64,000 bases of DNA from Leucoraja erinacea (taxonomy: Eukaryota): the NCBI RefSeq assembly GCF_028641065.1, contig NC_073385.1, forward strand, positions 54,002,001 to 54,066,000, read 5' to 3'. The position numbers were made by a program, and so were the translations under genes. Positions 1-11,657 of this stretch are shown here, piece by piece (position 1 is the first letter of the stretch; each line of letters opens with the position of its first letter). Under the pieces are notes generated by a model. The model did no database searches. It had not been told where the DNA came from and was given only the letters and a program-made list of their open reading frames with translations.

Positions 1-33
1 GTTTGCCTGCCCAGACTCTGTCAGAGGTATAAC

Positions 34-225
34 GTACAGTAGCTAGACACAAAATTCTGGAGTAACTCAGCGAGACAAGCAGCATCCCTGGATGTCTGAA
101 GTAGAGTCTTGACCTGAAACATCACCCATTCCTTCTCTCCAGAGATGTGGCCTGTCCCATTGAGTTACTCCAGCATTTTGTGTCTATCTTTGATGTATAT
201 CCAATATCTTCAGTTCCTTCTCAGA
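34..225 (+). mobile_element. Short ORF-less fold-back Penelope pLTR element with degenerate hammerhead motif
   Basis: Inverted arms TAGACACAAAA..CTGGAGTAACTCA (44-) and TGAGTTACTCCAGCATTTTGTGTCTA (-186); same sequence family as the 3' end of the Penelope at 5250-5375; flanked by 11 bp direct repeat AGAGGTATAAC (23-33, 226-236). Confidence 0.75.
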
Positions 226-640
226 AGAGGTATAACTTTCCTGGTGGTTCTCTGCTTATCTTTGTTCAAGCAACATTTAGCCTGAATCTTCTAATGGCAC
301 CAGCAGCCGCCACTTACGGCTAATAACAGCTCTTACAGTGGGTATGATGGAATAAACCAATTTAAATTGATCATATGTACTTGGAAGTAGTGAGAGCTTT
401 ACTTAAATGTGTCCTCAAAACTTTGCTCATTGTCCAATGGTTACTGGTTACATTTTGGCACTGACAATAGCACAGACCAACATAGCAGTTCAGTTTATAG
501 TCATATGTACCAGGGTACAATGGAAAGCTTTAGTTGGTAGATTTTGTAGCAGCTGTATCTTGTTCTGCTCTTGGGTTAGTAACTTAACATAAGGTTGGCT
601 GAGGCACGCCCACCAGTTTATGTTTAAATGCCTAACAGTC

Positions 641-760
641 GGTCTGAAGAAGGGTCTCGTCCCGAAATATCACCCATTCCTTGACTTCAGAGACACTGCC
701 TCTCCAGCATTTTGTGTCTATTTTCGGTGCAAACCAACATCTGTAGTTCCTTCCTACACA
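641..760 (+). mobile_element. Penelope pLTR fragment with hammerhead motif
   Basis: GGT-CTGAAGA-A-GGGTCTCGTCCC-GAAAT-ATC-ACC followed by the family tail CCAGCATTTTGTGTCTA...GTTCCTTCCTACACA. Confidence 0.7.
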
Positions 761-2529
761 GCTAAATGTAAGGTTAGCAGAGCTAACTTTACAACCAAAA
801 GAAGTGTAAAACTACCTCATGGCCAATAAGAATTAAAGTGCTGATGACAATTTCTCCACACAATTGTATGGTTTCCATAAAGGTGAATCTACTTTGCAGT
901 GAAATGTGCTATTTAAGTGGGGTTTTAGATTTTCATGCCTGGAGTCAGTAGTGGTGCAATATTATTTGGATTGTTCATTGTCAGCACAGAGGGAGAACAA
1001 GGAGGGAAGAGACAAGGACTTAAGACTTGTGCCTTCCATTACAGTGAGGAGGTGCCTGGTGGATTCACTGTGGTGGATGTTAAATCTGTGTTTATTGAAT
1101 GTTTTGTTATTTTATTCTATGTTATGACTGCAAGGCACGAAATTTCGTTCAGACTGAAAAGTCTGAGTGACAATAAAGGACAATTGACGACGATAACTAA
1201 TAAGGGTTTTGAGCTTCAGAAAATTGAGTGTTACAGCTGTATTGTATTTGTTCATGCTATTTACAAATTAATAGAATTGGACTTAGTATGGGCAATCTTT
1301 AAATGACCACATTTTGTGAGTGTTAAGAATTGCCTTTCAATCATTTCCCTCTAAGTTTGTACAAAATGCATGTTTGTGCTGTTTGCAAGTTCCATTATTA
1401 TGGAGTAGGTTGAAGTGTTATGCATCCAAGTTTCCAGAGCCATGTGCTACATGTCTAGACTTCGCAGCATCTAAAATATTCAATGTACAGATTAGTTTAT
1501 TGAGTCAATAAGAGGGAAAATGTGCAATGTTCCCTGGCATTTTTGATGCATGTACTATACACTCCGGCAATCGTAAGGAGATGCACAACACCCACTGGAT
1601 ATAATAGAAATTAAGGAATTTCAGGGGAAAGACCCAAAGTGGTCACAATAAAATTTTTATTATCTTTATTATTGTATGGTGAAATGATAAAGGAATTATT
1701 GACTAACTGTCGCAATCAATTAGAAGCATACAACATACTTGTGAGGAAAGGTTTGCTAAAGCATAACGCCAATAAATCACTTTTTAAACCATGTATCAGA
1801 TGTCACATCTCCATTTAACTTCAATGTTGTATCTCAAAATTGTTATTTTCAGAGAGAAAATGCACGAATTAGCTTGGGAATGAGTAACACCCTGTTGAAT
1901 GTTAAAACAGTTGTGCAACCTGAAAACTATACGACATCAACAGCAACCTGGATGCAAGGTTTCATTTCTTCTTTTCATGTCCATCTTGTTACAAATGTTG
2001 CCATCGCCGTCATCATCCATCCTGAAAAGGATGAAAGCTTCCGGCGACAATCAGTGGAAGCCATCACTTGTCGCAATAGCTGGTGGTAGCAGAATTAGCT
2101 CAGGATACTTCCAGTTTCCAGCCTCGCGACGTGGACGCTTCTGTTATGGGGCCAAGGTTTTACTAAGAGATTTACAAGGCAATTAAAGCCTTGTATAGCT
2201 TTGTGTAGCAAAGCATGGAAAACATCTCTTTTATATTGCAATGAACTTCTATTAGTTTCATTGTTTGCTTTCTGCATCTTCCTATCAATGCCGAGTAGAA
2301 AATCCTGAATCATGTCATAAAAAGTATCTTTCCCCAGCTTTGACTAGACAGTGGAAATACGTTGTATTGAAGTCATATATCTGACATTCGACAAGAAGTT
2401 TGTTGGGCAAGTATGTGTGATTTTTCTTTATAAATCTCAGATATGGGGAGGTTGGAGGTATTGAATGATGACTTGTAACATATCTATTTTGGTCAGCAAG
2501 TTGCTGGACGTTTTCATAAATAATAGAAT

Positions 2530-2830
2530 GGCATCGTGACACAGCTGGTAGAGCTGCTGCCTCACATGCCAGAGACCTGGGTTCGATCCTGACATCGGGT
2601 GCTGTCCCTGTGGAGTTTGCACGTTCTCACTGTGACCGTTGGAGTTTTCTCCAGTTTACTCCCACATTCCAAAGTCATGCAGGTTTGTAGATTAATTGAC
2701 TGCTGTATATTGCCCAAAGTATGCAGGGAGTGGATGAGAAAGTGGGATAACATAAAAGTAGTGTGAACGCATGCTCGACGGTCGGCATAGATTCGGTGGA
2801 CTGAAGGATCTGTTTCCATGCTGTATCACT
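2530..2830 (+). mobile_element. HE1-type tRNA-derived V-SINE
   Basis: B-box-like GGTTCGATCC head, central GGAGTTTGCACGTTCTC...CCCACATTCCAAAG domain, CR1-like tail CTGTTTCCATGCTGTATC. Confidence 0.75.
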
Positions 2831-3552
2831 AACAATCGCTAATAATAACGAACATTGGTAATGTGATTATGTAAGGGCACCACTTACCACCAATTTCTGA
2901 CACCTGTGTCGATTGGCAAATGTTAACACATTGTTAATGTACAAATTTATTAACATGAAAGGGAATTAAGAGTAGGGCAGAATTAACACTGGTACAAAAC
3001 AACAAAGCTCAAGGATACAGAAGAGCTCATTCTCACAATCTTTAGCGCACTACAGCATTAGTGTAGCAGCATTAGAAGCAGGAGAATGTAAGGAAAAGGG
3101 CTGAAGAAGGGTTTTGACCCAAGATCACATCTATTGCTTTTCTCCTGAATGGTGCCTGACCCGATGAGTTACTTCAGCACTTTGTGTCCATTTAAATGTG
3201 AAATCCAGGCCTAGGGATTTGGATGGGGTTAAGGGTTATGGCTGCAAGTGAGAAAGAGCCAACTGTTGGGATGGGATGTTCTTTCAGAACGTTATCTTGG
3301 GTTATCCTTGCCCGACCGCCTTTGTGTCCCGGAGGCACCTCCTGCAGCTGACCTTGAAGGTATTCGAGACAGTACCTTGGTCCCTCTCCCACCGTTTGAT
3401 GTCGCCAGTGGCTCCTACTTCCTCGACTATCAGATCTTTGAGGTCGAGCTCGGTGGTGTCTGAGGTTTCCGTGCAGGCATCAGCCCGTTGCTCCTTCTTC
3501 ACGGCAGCAAACCGGACCTGCCGCCGCATGTAGCCACGGGCGACCAGGTACT

Positions 3553-5375
3553 GGTCATCGTTCCCCAGCCCCGCACGGCCCGTTTTTACCTTCTCCCCAA
3601 AATCCACAAACCTGACTGTCCCGGTAGACCCATTGTCTCTGCCTGTTCATGCTCCACCGAACTCATCTCCACATACCTTGACTCCATACTATCCCCCTTG
3701 GTCAAATCCCTTCCTACCTATGTTCAAGACCACTTAGACACTCTCTGCCGCCTCCACGCATTCCATTCTCTAGGCCTTCACCCCCTCATCTTCACCATGG
3801 ACGTCCAGTCACTCCACACCTCCATCCCCCACCAGGATGGCCTCAAAGCCCTCCAGTTCTTCCTCGATCAGAGGAGCAACCTATACCCAGCCACTGACAC
3901 TCTCCTCCGCCTAGCGGAGTTGGTCCTTACCCTCAATAACTTCACATTTGACTCCTCCCATTTCCTCCAAAACACAAGGCACACGCATGAGCCCCAGCTA
4001 CGCCTGCCTCTTTGTCGGGTACGTCGAACAATCCCTGTTCAATACGTACCATGGCCCCATCCCTGACCTCTACCTCCGTTACATCGACGACTGCTTTGGG
4101 GCCACCTCCTGCACCTGCACACAACTGACTGACTTCATCCACTTCACCACCAACTTCCATCCGGCACTGAAATACACCTGGACTATTTCCGACACTTCCC
4201 TACCATTCCTTGACCTCACTATCTCCATCGCAGGTGATAGACTCCTGACCAACATCCACTACAAACCCACTGACTCCCATGGCTGTCTGGACTACACTTC
4301 TTCCCACCCTGCCTCCTGTAAGGACTCCATCCCCTACTCCCAATTCCTCCGCCTACGCCGCATCTGCTCCCTGCATGAGGCGTTCCACACCAGGACATCT
4401 GAAATGTCCTCATTCTTCAGGGAATGGGGATTCCCCTCCTCCACCATAGATGAGGCTCGCACCAGGGTCTCTTCCATACCCCGCAACACTGCTCTCTCTC
4501 CCCATCCCCGCACTCGCAACAAGGGCAGAGTCCCCCTAGTCCTCACCTTTCACCCCACCAGCCGTCACATACAACAAGTAATCCTACGTCATTTTCGCCA
4601 CCTCCAACGTGACCCCACCACTCGCCACATCTTCCCATCTCCCCCAATGTCTGCCTTCCGCAAAGACCGCTCCCTCCGCAACTCCCTTGTCAATTCTTCC
4701 CTTCCCTCCCGTACCACCCCCTCCCCGGGCACTTTCCGTTGCAACCGCAAGAAATGCAACACCTGTCCCTTTACCTCCCACCTCAACTCCATTCAAGGAC
4801 CCAAGCAGTCGTTCCAGGTGTGACAGAGGTTCACCTGTATCTCCTCCAACCTCATCTACTGCTTCCGCTGCTCTAGATGTCAGCTGATCCACATCGGTGA
4901 GACTAAGCGGAGGTTGGGCGATCGTTTCGCCGAACACCTCCGCTCGGTCCGCAAGAACCTACCTGACCTCCCGATGGCTCAGCACTTCAACTCCCCCTCC
5001 CATTCTCAATCCGACCTCTCTGTCCTGGGTCTCTCCCATTGCCAGAGTGAGCAACACAGGAAATTGGAGGAACAGCACTTCATATTCCGCTTGGGGAGCC
5101 TGCATCCGGTGGGCATGAACATTGAATTCTCCCAATTTTGTTAGCCCTTGCTGTCTCCTCCCCTTCCTTAGCCCTCGAGCTGTCTCCTCCCATCCCCCAG
5201 CCCTTGGGCTCCTCCTCCTCCTTTCTCCTTCCTTCTCCCCGCCACCCCCTATCAGTCTGAAGAAGTCCGAAACATTACCTATTTTCTTCGCTCCATAGAT
5301 GCTGCTGCACCCGCTGAGTTTCTACAGCATTTTTGTGTACCTTCGATTTTCCAGCATCTGCAGTTCCTTCTTGAA
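3553..5375 (+). mobile_element. Penelope-like retroelement, 5'-truncated, frameshifted RT plus GIY-YIG endonuclease and terminal pLTR
   Basis: PLE RT motifs ARFYLLPKIHKP..GRPIVS, TMDVQSL, YLRYIDD, FLDL; cysteine linker CNRKKCNTC; GIY-YIG NLIYC..IGETKRRLGDRFAEH. Frameshift near 3970 and stop at 4821. Perfect 12 bp TSD CGACCAGGTACT at 3541-3552 and 5376-5387. Confidence 0.93.
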
Positions 5376-5439
5376 CGACCAGGTACTTTGTTGGCGGTGG
5401 CTTGACGGTAAAGTGGAAACTATATATTCTGCACTGGCA

Positions 5440-6260
5440 TGCATCCACACTCGGGGCATTTAACATACAGATGAGAATATGGATGGGTTGAGTGAGTGGG
5501 TGAAAATTTGGCAAATGCGGTTTAATAAGGGAACGTTTCAGGTCATGCACGTCAGTGAAAAATTAAAAGGCAGTCTGTGAATTAAATCGTGACAGATTGT
5601 AAGTGAATGGAGTGCAGAAGAATTGAAATGTTCTGGTGCACGAATCACAGAATGATAGAAATGAAAGCAAATAATTAGGAGAGAAATGGCACATTGGCCT
5701 TCAGAGTTTAGATATATGGAAGCATTGTTACAACAGTACAGGGGTGGTTGGCTAGGTTACACCTGGAGCATTCTGCACACTTTTAATCCCTTTATTAAAG
5801 AAAAAATACCAGCTATGGAACTTTCTGTCTCAAGGAGATTTGCTAGTCAGATTCCTGGGGTGAAGTTATTGTCTTATCACTGGCTAAGGAAGTTGGATTT
5901 GTATGAGCTCAGTTAGGCACTTTGGTCAGGGTGGATGAGCCGGGCTGAAGGGCCTGTTTCCATTCTGTGTAACTAGAACTCTGTATTTGTTGGAAATTAG
6001 AAAATTGAGGGATGATTTTATTGAAACAAAAGATCTTGAGGCAGCATGATAGGTTACATGTTCAAATAGTTCATGTGATAAGAAGGGATATCGTTACAAA
6101 ATAAAGGGGGTGATCAATTTAATTGAAGCTCAAATAAATGTATTCTCACAGAGGGTGATGAATCTCTGACATTCTATACCTTGGAGTGATGTAGAAGCTG
6201 ATTATTGGAGATATTCAGAGAGGAGGGAGGTAACATTTCAAAAGATTGGGCAATTCAAGG
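5440..6260 (+). mobile_element. Old, degenerate CR1 LINE 3' fragment
   Basis: Decayed WQMxFNxxKC region and AGAGGGTGATGAATCTCTG similar to the younger CR1 at 58700-59500; SINE tail inside near 5920-5980. Confidence 0.55.
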
Positions 6261-6714
6261 CAGTGTGAAATTGTCAGTTTTATTGTCATATGCACAAGTG
6301 CAGTGCAGTACAGGTACAATCTTGCTTACAACAGTTAGACTCAGCCAAACAAAAATTTAAGGTATACATCTATATTACTAAAACTGTTCTTGACCGGTTT
6401 TGGCCATCTGTGCTGCGATTTCCGAGAGAACACCGCCACATACGGCCATCATTTTTGGCCACCTTGCTCAAAGCCCCCCTCCGCCGCATGTGTGCCGAGG
6501 ATTTTTCCCGTCGATTAAAAATGACAGAGATATTAATATTTTTACAAAATTCCCCATTCTCTCTGCTGCCCCACTGGCGGCAGGGGGGAGGGACTATAAA
6601 ACCAGGAAGTGGTGTGCCACACAGTCTATTCAAGATGGAGGAAGGCAGAGGATCACGTTTCTCTGAGCTGTGAATAACACTGAACACATGTCTACTCAAA
6701 TGTAAGTGCCCTTA

Positions 6715-7690
6715 GTGGTTCTAAAATGCTTGCAGAATGTGTCTATTGGTACTGAAGCTTACAAAAAAAGTGTCTATCGGTTCTAAAGCTTGCAAAAATG
6801 TCTATTGGTTCTAAAGCTTTCAAAAAAATGTCTATTGGTTCTAAAGCTTGCAATGTCTAAAAAATGCCTATTGTTTCTAAAGCTTTCAAAAAGTGTCTAT
6901 TGGTTCTAAAGCTTACAAAAAGTGTCTCTATTGTTCTAAAAAAAGTCTATTGGTTCTAAAGCTTGCAAAAAAAATGTCTATTGGTTCTAAGGCTTGCAAA
7001 AAAATGTCTATTGCTTCTAAAGCTTGCAAAAAGTGTCTATTGCTAAAGCTTGCTAAATTGTGTCTATTGGTTCTAAAGCTTGCAAAAAAATGTCTATTGG
7101 TGCTAAAGCTTGCAAAAAATGTCTATTGGTTCTAAAGCTTGCAAAAAAATGTCTATTGGTTCTCAAGCTTGCAAAAAAATGTCTATTGGTTCTCAAGCTT
7201 GCAAAAAAAATGTCTATTGGTTCTCAAGCTTGCAAAAAAATGTCTATTGGTTCTCAAGCTTGCAAAAAAAATGTCTATTGGTTCTAAAGCTTGCAAAAAA
7301 ATGTCTATTGGTTCTAAAGCTTGCAAAAAAATGTCTATTGGTTCTAAAGCTTGCAAAAAGTGTCTATTCTATTGGTTCTAAAGCTTGCAAAAAATGTCTA
7401 TTGGTGCTAAAGCTTGCAAAAAATGTCTATTGGTTCTAAAGCTTGCAAAAAAAATGTCTATTGGTTCTCAAGCTTGCAAAAAAATGTCTATTGGTTCTAA
7501 AGCTTGCAAAAAATGTCTATTGGTTCTAAAGCTTGCAAAAAATGTCTATTGGTTCTAAAGCTTGCAAAAAAAAAATCTATTGGTTCTAAAGCTTGCAAAA
7601 AAAATGACTATTGGTTCTAAAGCTTGCAAAAAAAATGATGATTGGTTCTAAAGCTTGCAAAAAAAAATGTCTATTGGTTGGTTCTAAAGC
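6715..7690. repeat. Minisatellite, ~30 bp unit AAAAAAATGTCTATTGGTTCTAAAGCTTGC, roughly 30 copies
   Basis: Head-to-tail repeats with variable A-tract and no unique spacers; explains the repetitive MSIGSKACKK/CLLVLKLAKK ORFs. Confidence 0.97.
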
Positions 7691-7739
7691 GGTTCATACT
7701 AGCGCTCCAGAAAGCCCCCTGCCCTCCCTCCCCCCTGGT

Positions 7740-8465
7740 TGGCTTGGTTTTGGGTGTGTCTTGAAATTGAAAGACACCACTTACTGCAAATGGTGGCATG
7801 AAGTTGAAAGGCACTACTTACTGCAAATGGTGGATTGGTTGCTTTGGCTTGAAGTTGAAAGGCACTAACTGCAAATGGTGGCGTGGGAGCTTTGGCTTGA
7901 AGTTTAAAGGCACTATTACTGCAAATGGTGGCTTGGTTGCTTTGGCTTGAAGTTGAAGGGCACTTCTTACTGCAAATGGGGGCTTTGGGTGTGGCTTGAA
8001 GTTGAAATACCCCACACTGCAAATGGTGGCATGAAGTTGAAAGGCACTACTTACTGCAAATGGTGGCTTGGGTGCATTGACTTGAAGTTGAAAGGCACTA
8101 CTTCCTACAAATGATGTCTTGGGTGTGGCTTGAGGTTGAAAGACACCACTTACTGCAAATGGTGGCATGAAGTTGAAAGGCACTACTTACTGCAAATGGA
8201 GGCTTGGGTGCTTTGGCTTGAAGTTGAAAGACACTATTACTGCAAATAGTGGTTTGGGTGTGGCTTGAAGTTGAAAGGCACTACTTACTGCAGATGGTGG
8301 CTTTGGTGCAATGGCTTGAAGTTGAAAGGCACTACTTGCTGCAAATTGTGGCTTGAAGTTGAAAGGCACTACTTACTGCAAGTGGTGGCTTGGGAGCTTT
8401 GGCTTGAAATAGAAAAGGCACTATTACTGCAAATTGTGGCTTGAAGTTGAAAGACACTACTTACT
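7740..8465. repeat. Minisatellite, ~35-50 bp unit GAAGTTGAAAGGCACTACTTACTGCAAATGGTGGCTTGGGTGCTTTGGCTT
   Basis: Tandem imperfect copies; the same unit recurs at 15385-15650. Confidence 0.93.
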
Positions 8466-9184
8466 TATAAAACCTGGAAATGTGGGTGTGGCTCAGTCTC
8501 TGCAATGTGGGTGTGACTCAGACTGCCGGCCTACGGCCTACACCAACCTAAAGCCGCGGTCTCCGGTGGGGAAGATCCGATCCTGGACTGGCTCGGGTCC
8601 CGACCCCCCCCCCCCCCCCCATACCTGAACATTATCGTGCTGCATGCAGGTGGTGAGGTCTTCATTTGCTGAGGAGTTGCAAATGGAATTGAAGATTGTG
8701 CATCATCAGTGAGCACCCCCAATCTGACCTCTGATTGATCAAAATCATTGATGAAAGTGAATGACTGACGAAGTGAAGGATTAGGTGCACAGTTACTCTC
8801 ACACCTATCATTTCTGCCCTGTCAATGCCTTTGCCTTATAGCTGCTACCTAGAATAACCAGCAGGATCTTTTCCAATGGGATTAGAATATCTAGGTAGGC
8901 TTTCAGTTCATTTTTTGATGCTGCTTGCTGTGATTAAATTTCTCTCCAGCAATATTGAAGGATAGGTGACTGTGGGCGTTGTGTGATATGTTTGAGTGAT
9001 GTGGCTGATTAAATAGCTGCTCGAGTGTGGGAGCTGTGAGACGTGGGTGTAGGGTTTCCAGTTGTGCCAAGTGTATGAAGGTGAGATGAAGCGCAGAACA
9101 GTAGGATTGGTGGAAATGGGTGATGAGGATGCAATTATTACACAGTGGATAAAACAAACTCTGCAGTTGACAGGATTTGTTTAC

Positions 9185-9495
9185 TTTAGATTTAGTTTAG
9201 TTTAGAGATACAGAGCGGAAACAGGCCCTTTCGGCCCACCGGGTCCTCGTCGACCAGTGATCCCCGCACATTAACCCACTAGGGACATTTTTTTTAACTT
9301 TAACCAAGCCAATGAACCTACAAACCTGTATGTCTTTGGAGTGTGGGAGAAACCGAAGATCTCAGAGAAAACTCACGCAGGTCACGGGGCGAACGTACAG
9401 ACTTGGTACAGACAGCACCCGTAGTCAGGCTCGAACCCGGGTCTCCGGCGCTGCATTTGCTGAAAGGCAGCAACTCTACCACTGTGCCACCGTGA
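9185..9495 (-). mobile_element. HE1-type V-SINE, near full length
   Basis: Reverse complement runs from GGTGGCACAGTGGTAGAGTTGCTGCC through GGTTCGAGCC to CTGTTTCCGCTCTGTATCTC(TAAAC)n. Confidence 0.85.
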
Positions 9496-9744
9496 CTAAC
9501 CTTCCTGACTTTTGTAACTAAATTTCTTCCTGCAGCACACCAAGGTTTGTGCAGCTGTACTATGAGCATAGACCTCCTTCGCTATGCCTTCCGACTGCCT
9601 CTTGCCATCCCATTCCACATTTTCCTCACTTCCTCCGTGATGGTCCAAGAGACGTCGCCTCCATTTTGCCTTTTCTACCAAGCACTTCAATACAGTAATT
9701 GAAAAGCAAAAAGGAAGTGTCGATGTACAAAGCCATGTATATGA

Positions 9745-9950
9745 ACAAAATGCCGGAAACACTTCGTAGTCTTGGCAGCATTTGAGAGTGAAACAGAGTT
9801 AACATGTCACGTCAATAAAACTCCAGAGCCCTGCTTTGTGACTTACAACGCACTTTCTCACTATTCCAGTTCTGATTAAATATCGTTGACCTGAAACATT
9901 AACTCTATTTCTCTCACCACAGAAGCAACTTGACCTGCTGAGTATCTCAC
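9745..9950. mobile_element. Older fold-back pLTR subfamily with decayed hammerhead motif
   Basis: Inverted arms GAAACAGAGTTAACATGT / ACATTAACTCTATTTCTC; GTT-CTGATTA...GAAAC-ATT-AAC at 9869-9903. Confidence 0.5.
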
Positions 9951-11597
9951 CACGTTGTTTTTAAACCCACTATCGCGTCTGTTAACTTGCGCGGACACTT
10001 CCTTTCATGACCATCCATTGGTGAATCTTCTAAACATATTTTTGAAGATAGTCACAGAATCATACTGCATTAAAACAGGCACTTTGGCTAACATGTCTGT
10101 GCTACAAACACCCATTTGCACAAAGCCCATGTGATTCTTCCAACAATCTTCTCCACCACCTGAATTTTACTGCTTATCAGCATCCCATGAACTATTTACA
10201 CTGGGTATTGAATCTGTGATCTGCGCTTCTTTACAAAGTGGGGGGAAATGGGATGACTGAAGGGCACTAAAGCGACACTTTAGGCGACTGCCAGGGACTA
10301 GTTTTAATGGAATTCACCTACGACACCTGGCGACAACCTACGACAACACCTACGACAGCAAACATTGTCGCCGCTGACACCAAAAATGTTTCAACATGTT
10401 GAAAATTTTGCGTCAGTCATCTGCAGTCACCCAAAAAAAATTGCCTAAGTGGGACAGGCCCTTGAGGAACACGGAATCTCCACTGACAGCACCTGAGCTT
10501 TGGTCACTGGAGCAGTGGAACAAAATTCTTATTAACTATGCTGTTGTGTTGCCCACAAGAGATAAGAATCATCACTATCTGCGCAAGGGAATTTGGGAAT
10601 ACTAGTAACAAGGAACTGCAGGTGCAGGTTTACAAAAAGAGACACAAAATGCTGGAGTAGCTCAGCAGGTCAGGCAATTGAACACTAAATTCCTTCCATT
10701 TGGCCTATAAATTAATGTCAATGAGATTTTAAAATCATGTTTTATTGTGAATTCTTTGTGAATATTATTTGGACACTTAGGCTATTTAAACATGTTAATC
10801 TTTTCTTAAGAAATGGATAAATGTTTAAATCTAGTACTTGAAGTTTGGAATTAGCTACAATTAGGTAACTAACTAACTATATGCTTTAATTTCAGGTCAT
10901 CCAAGTAAGATTATTTTATATTTGTTTCAGAATGCTTCAATCTATGATAACTGAAAATTTCATTCAGTTCTCTTAATTTTTAAGAAAGTTATGGGCTTTT
11001 GACTGTCCTCGATCACAGCTTTTTTGTTATGTCCATAGAAAATCATGCTAATTTCCGAGTATGAAAATGGACATAACATTTTTAATATTTGAGATATGAA
11101 AGTGAATTAGGTGTCAAATTAAATTTTTTTTAATGCTTTATCTGATGGGATAAATTGCAGACTTGATTTTTTAAATCTCAAAATGTTGGCTTTAGCCGTG
11201 ACGGGGTCTAATGTTGTAACATTGCTACATAATGCTGCCTCACCCGCTGAGTTTCTCCAGCAATTTTTGTCTCCTTTTGAATTTTCCAACATCTGCAGTT
11301 CCTTCTTAAACAAAGGATCCTTTGTCAGACATTCAAAGAGCAGGAGAACAGCAGGTATCTCAGAGAGGAAGCAGCAAGATAGACTTGTAGAACTCATGAG
11401 GGAAATAAGACATTCCTCGGCTGCCATTCTGATCCCTATTGCTGGCTGACAGGCCAGGTGAAGCCAATCTCCATCATCATTGGCAACAGCTGGGTTCAAT
11501 TAGCTGAGTTGGGATTAGCCCACCTGCACCTCATCAGCCTCCTCCCAGGCATTGCAGCCAAAGATAAAACTGAGTAGCTGGGGCGGGGGCAGGTCTG

Positions 11598-11657
11598 AGA
11601 TGCCAGTGCCTCAGATGCCAGTGCCTCAGATGCCAGTGCCTCAGATGCCAATGCCTC
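11598..11657. repeat. 15 bp tandem repeat x4 (AGATGCCAGTGCCTC)
   Basis: Four direct copies, one mismatch in the last. Confidence 0.95.

Larger units (their letters stand above)
6369..8500 (+). mobile_element. Non-autonomous Helitron, 5' part, carrying two satellite arrays
   Basis: Starts A|TCTATATTACTAAAAC, the same terminus as the complete copies at 37772-38044 and 56441-57422; first ~240 bp nearly identical to the reverse complement of 37805-38044. Confidence 0.75.

Noticed and set aside
2530-2600. tRNA genes at SINE heads
   Set aside because: A/B-box-like motifs run directly into SINE bodies; no complete cloverleaf.
6715-8465. CRISPR array or repeat-protein gene
   Set aside because: Units are contiguous with no unique spacers, there are no cas genes, the DNA is eukaryotic, and A-tract variation shifts frames constantly.
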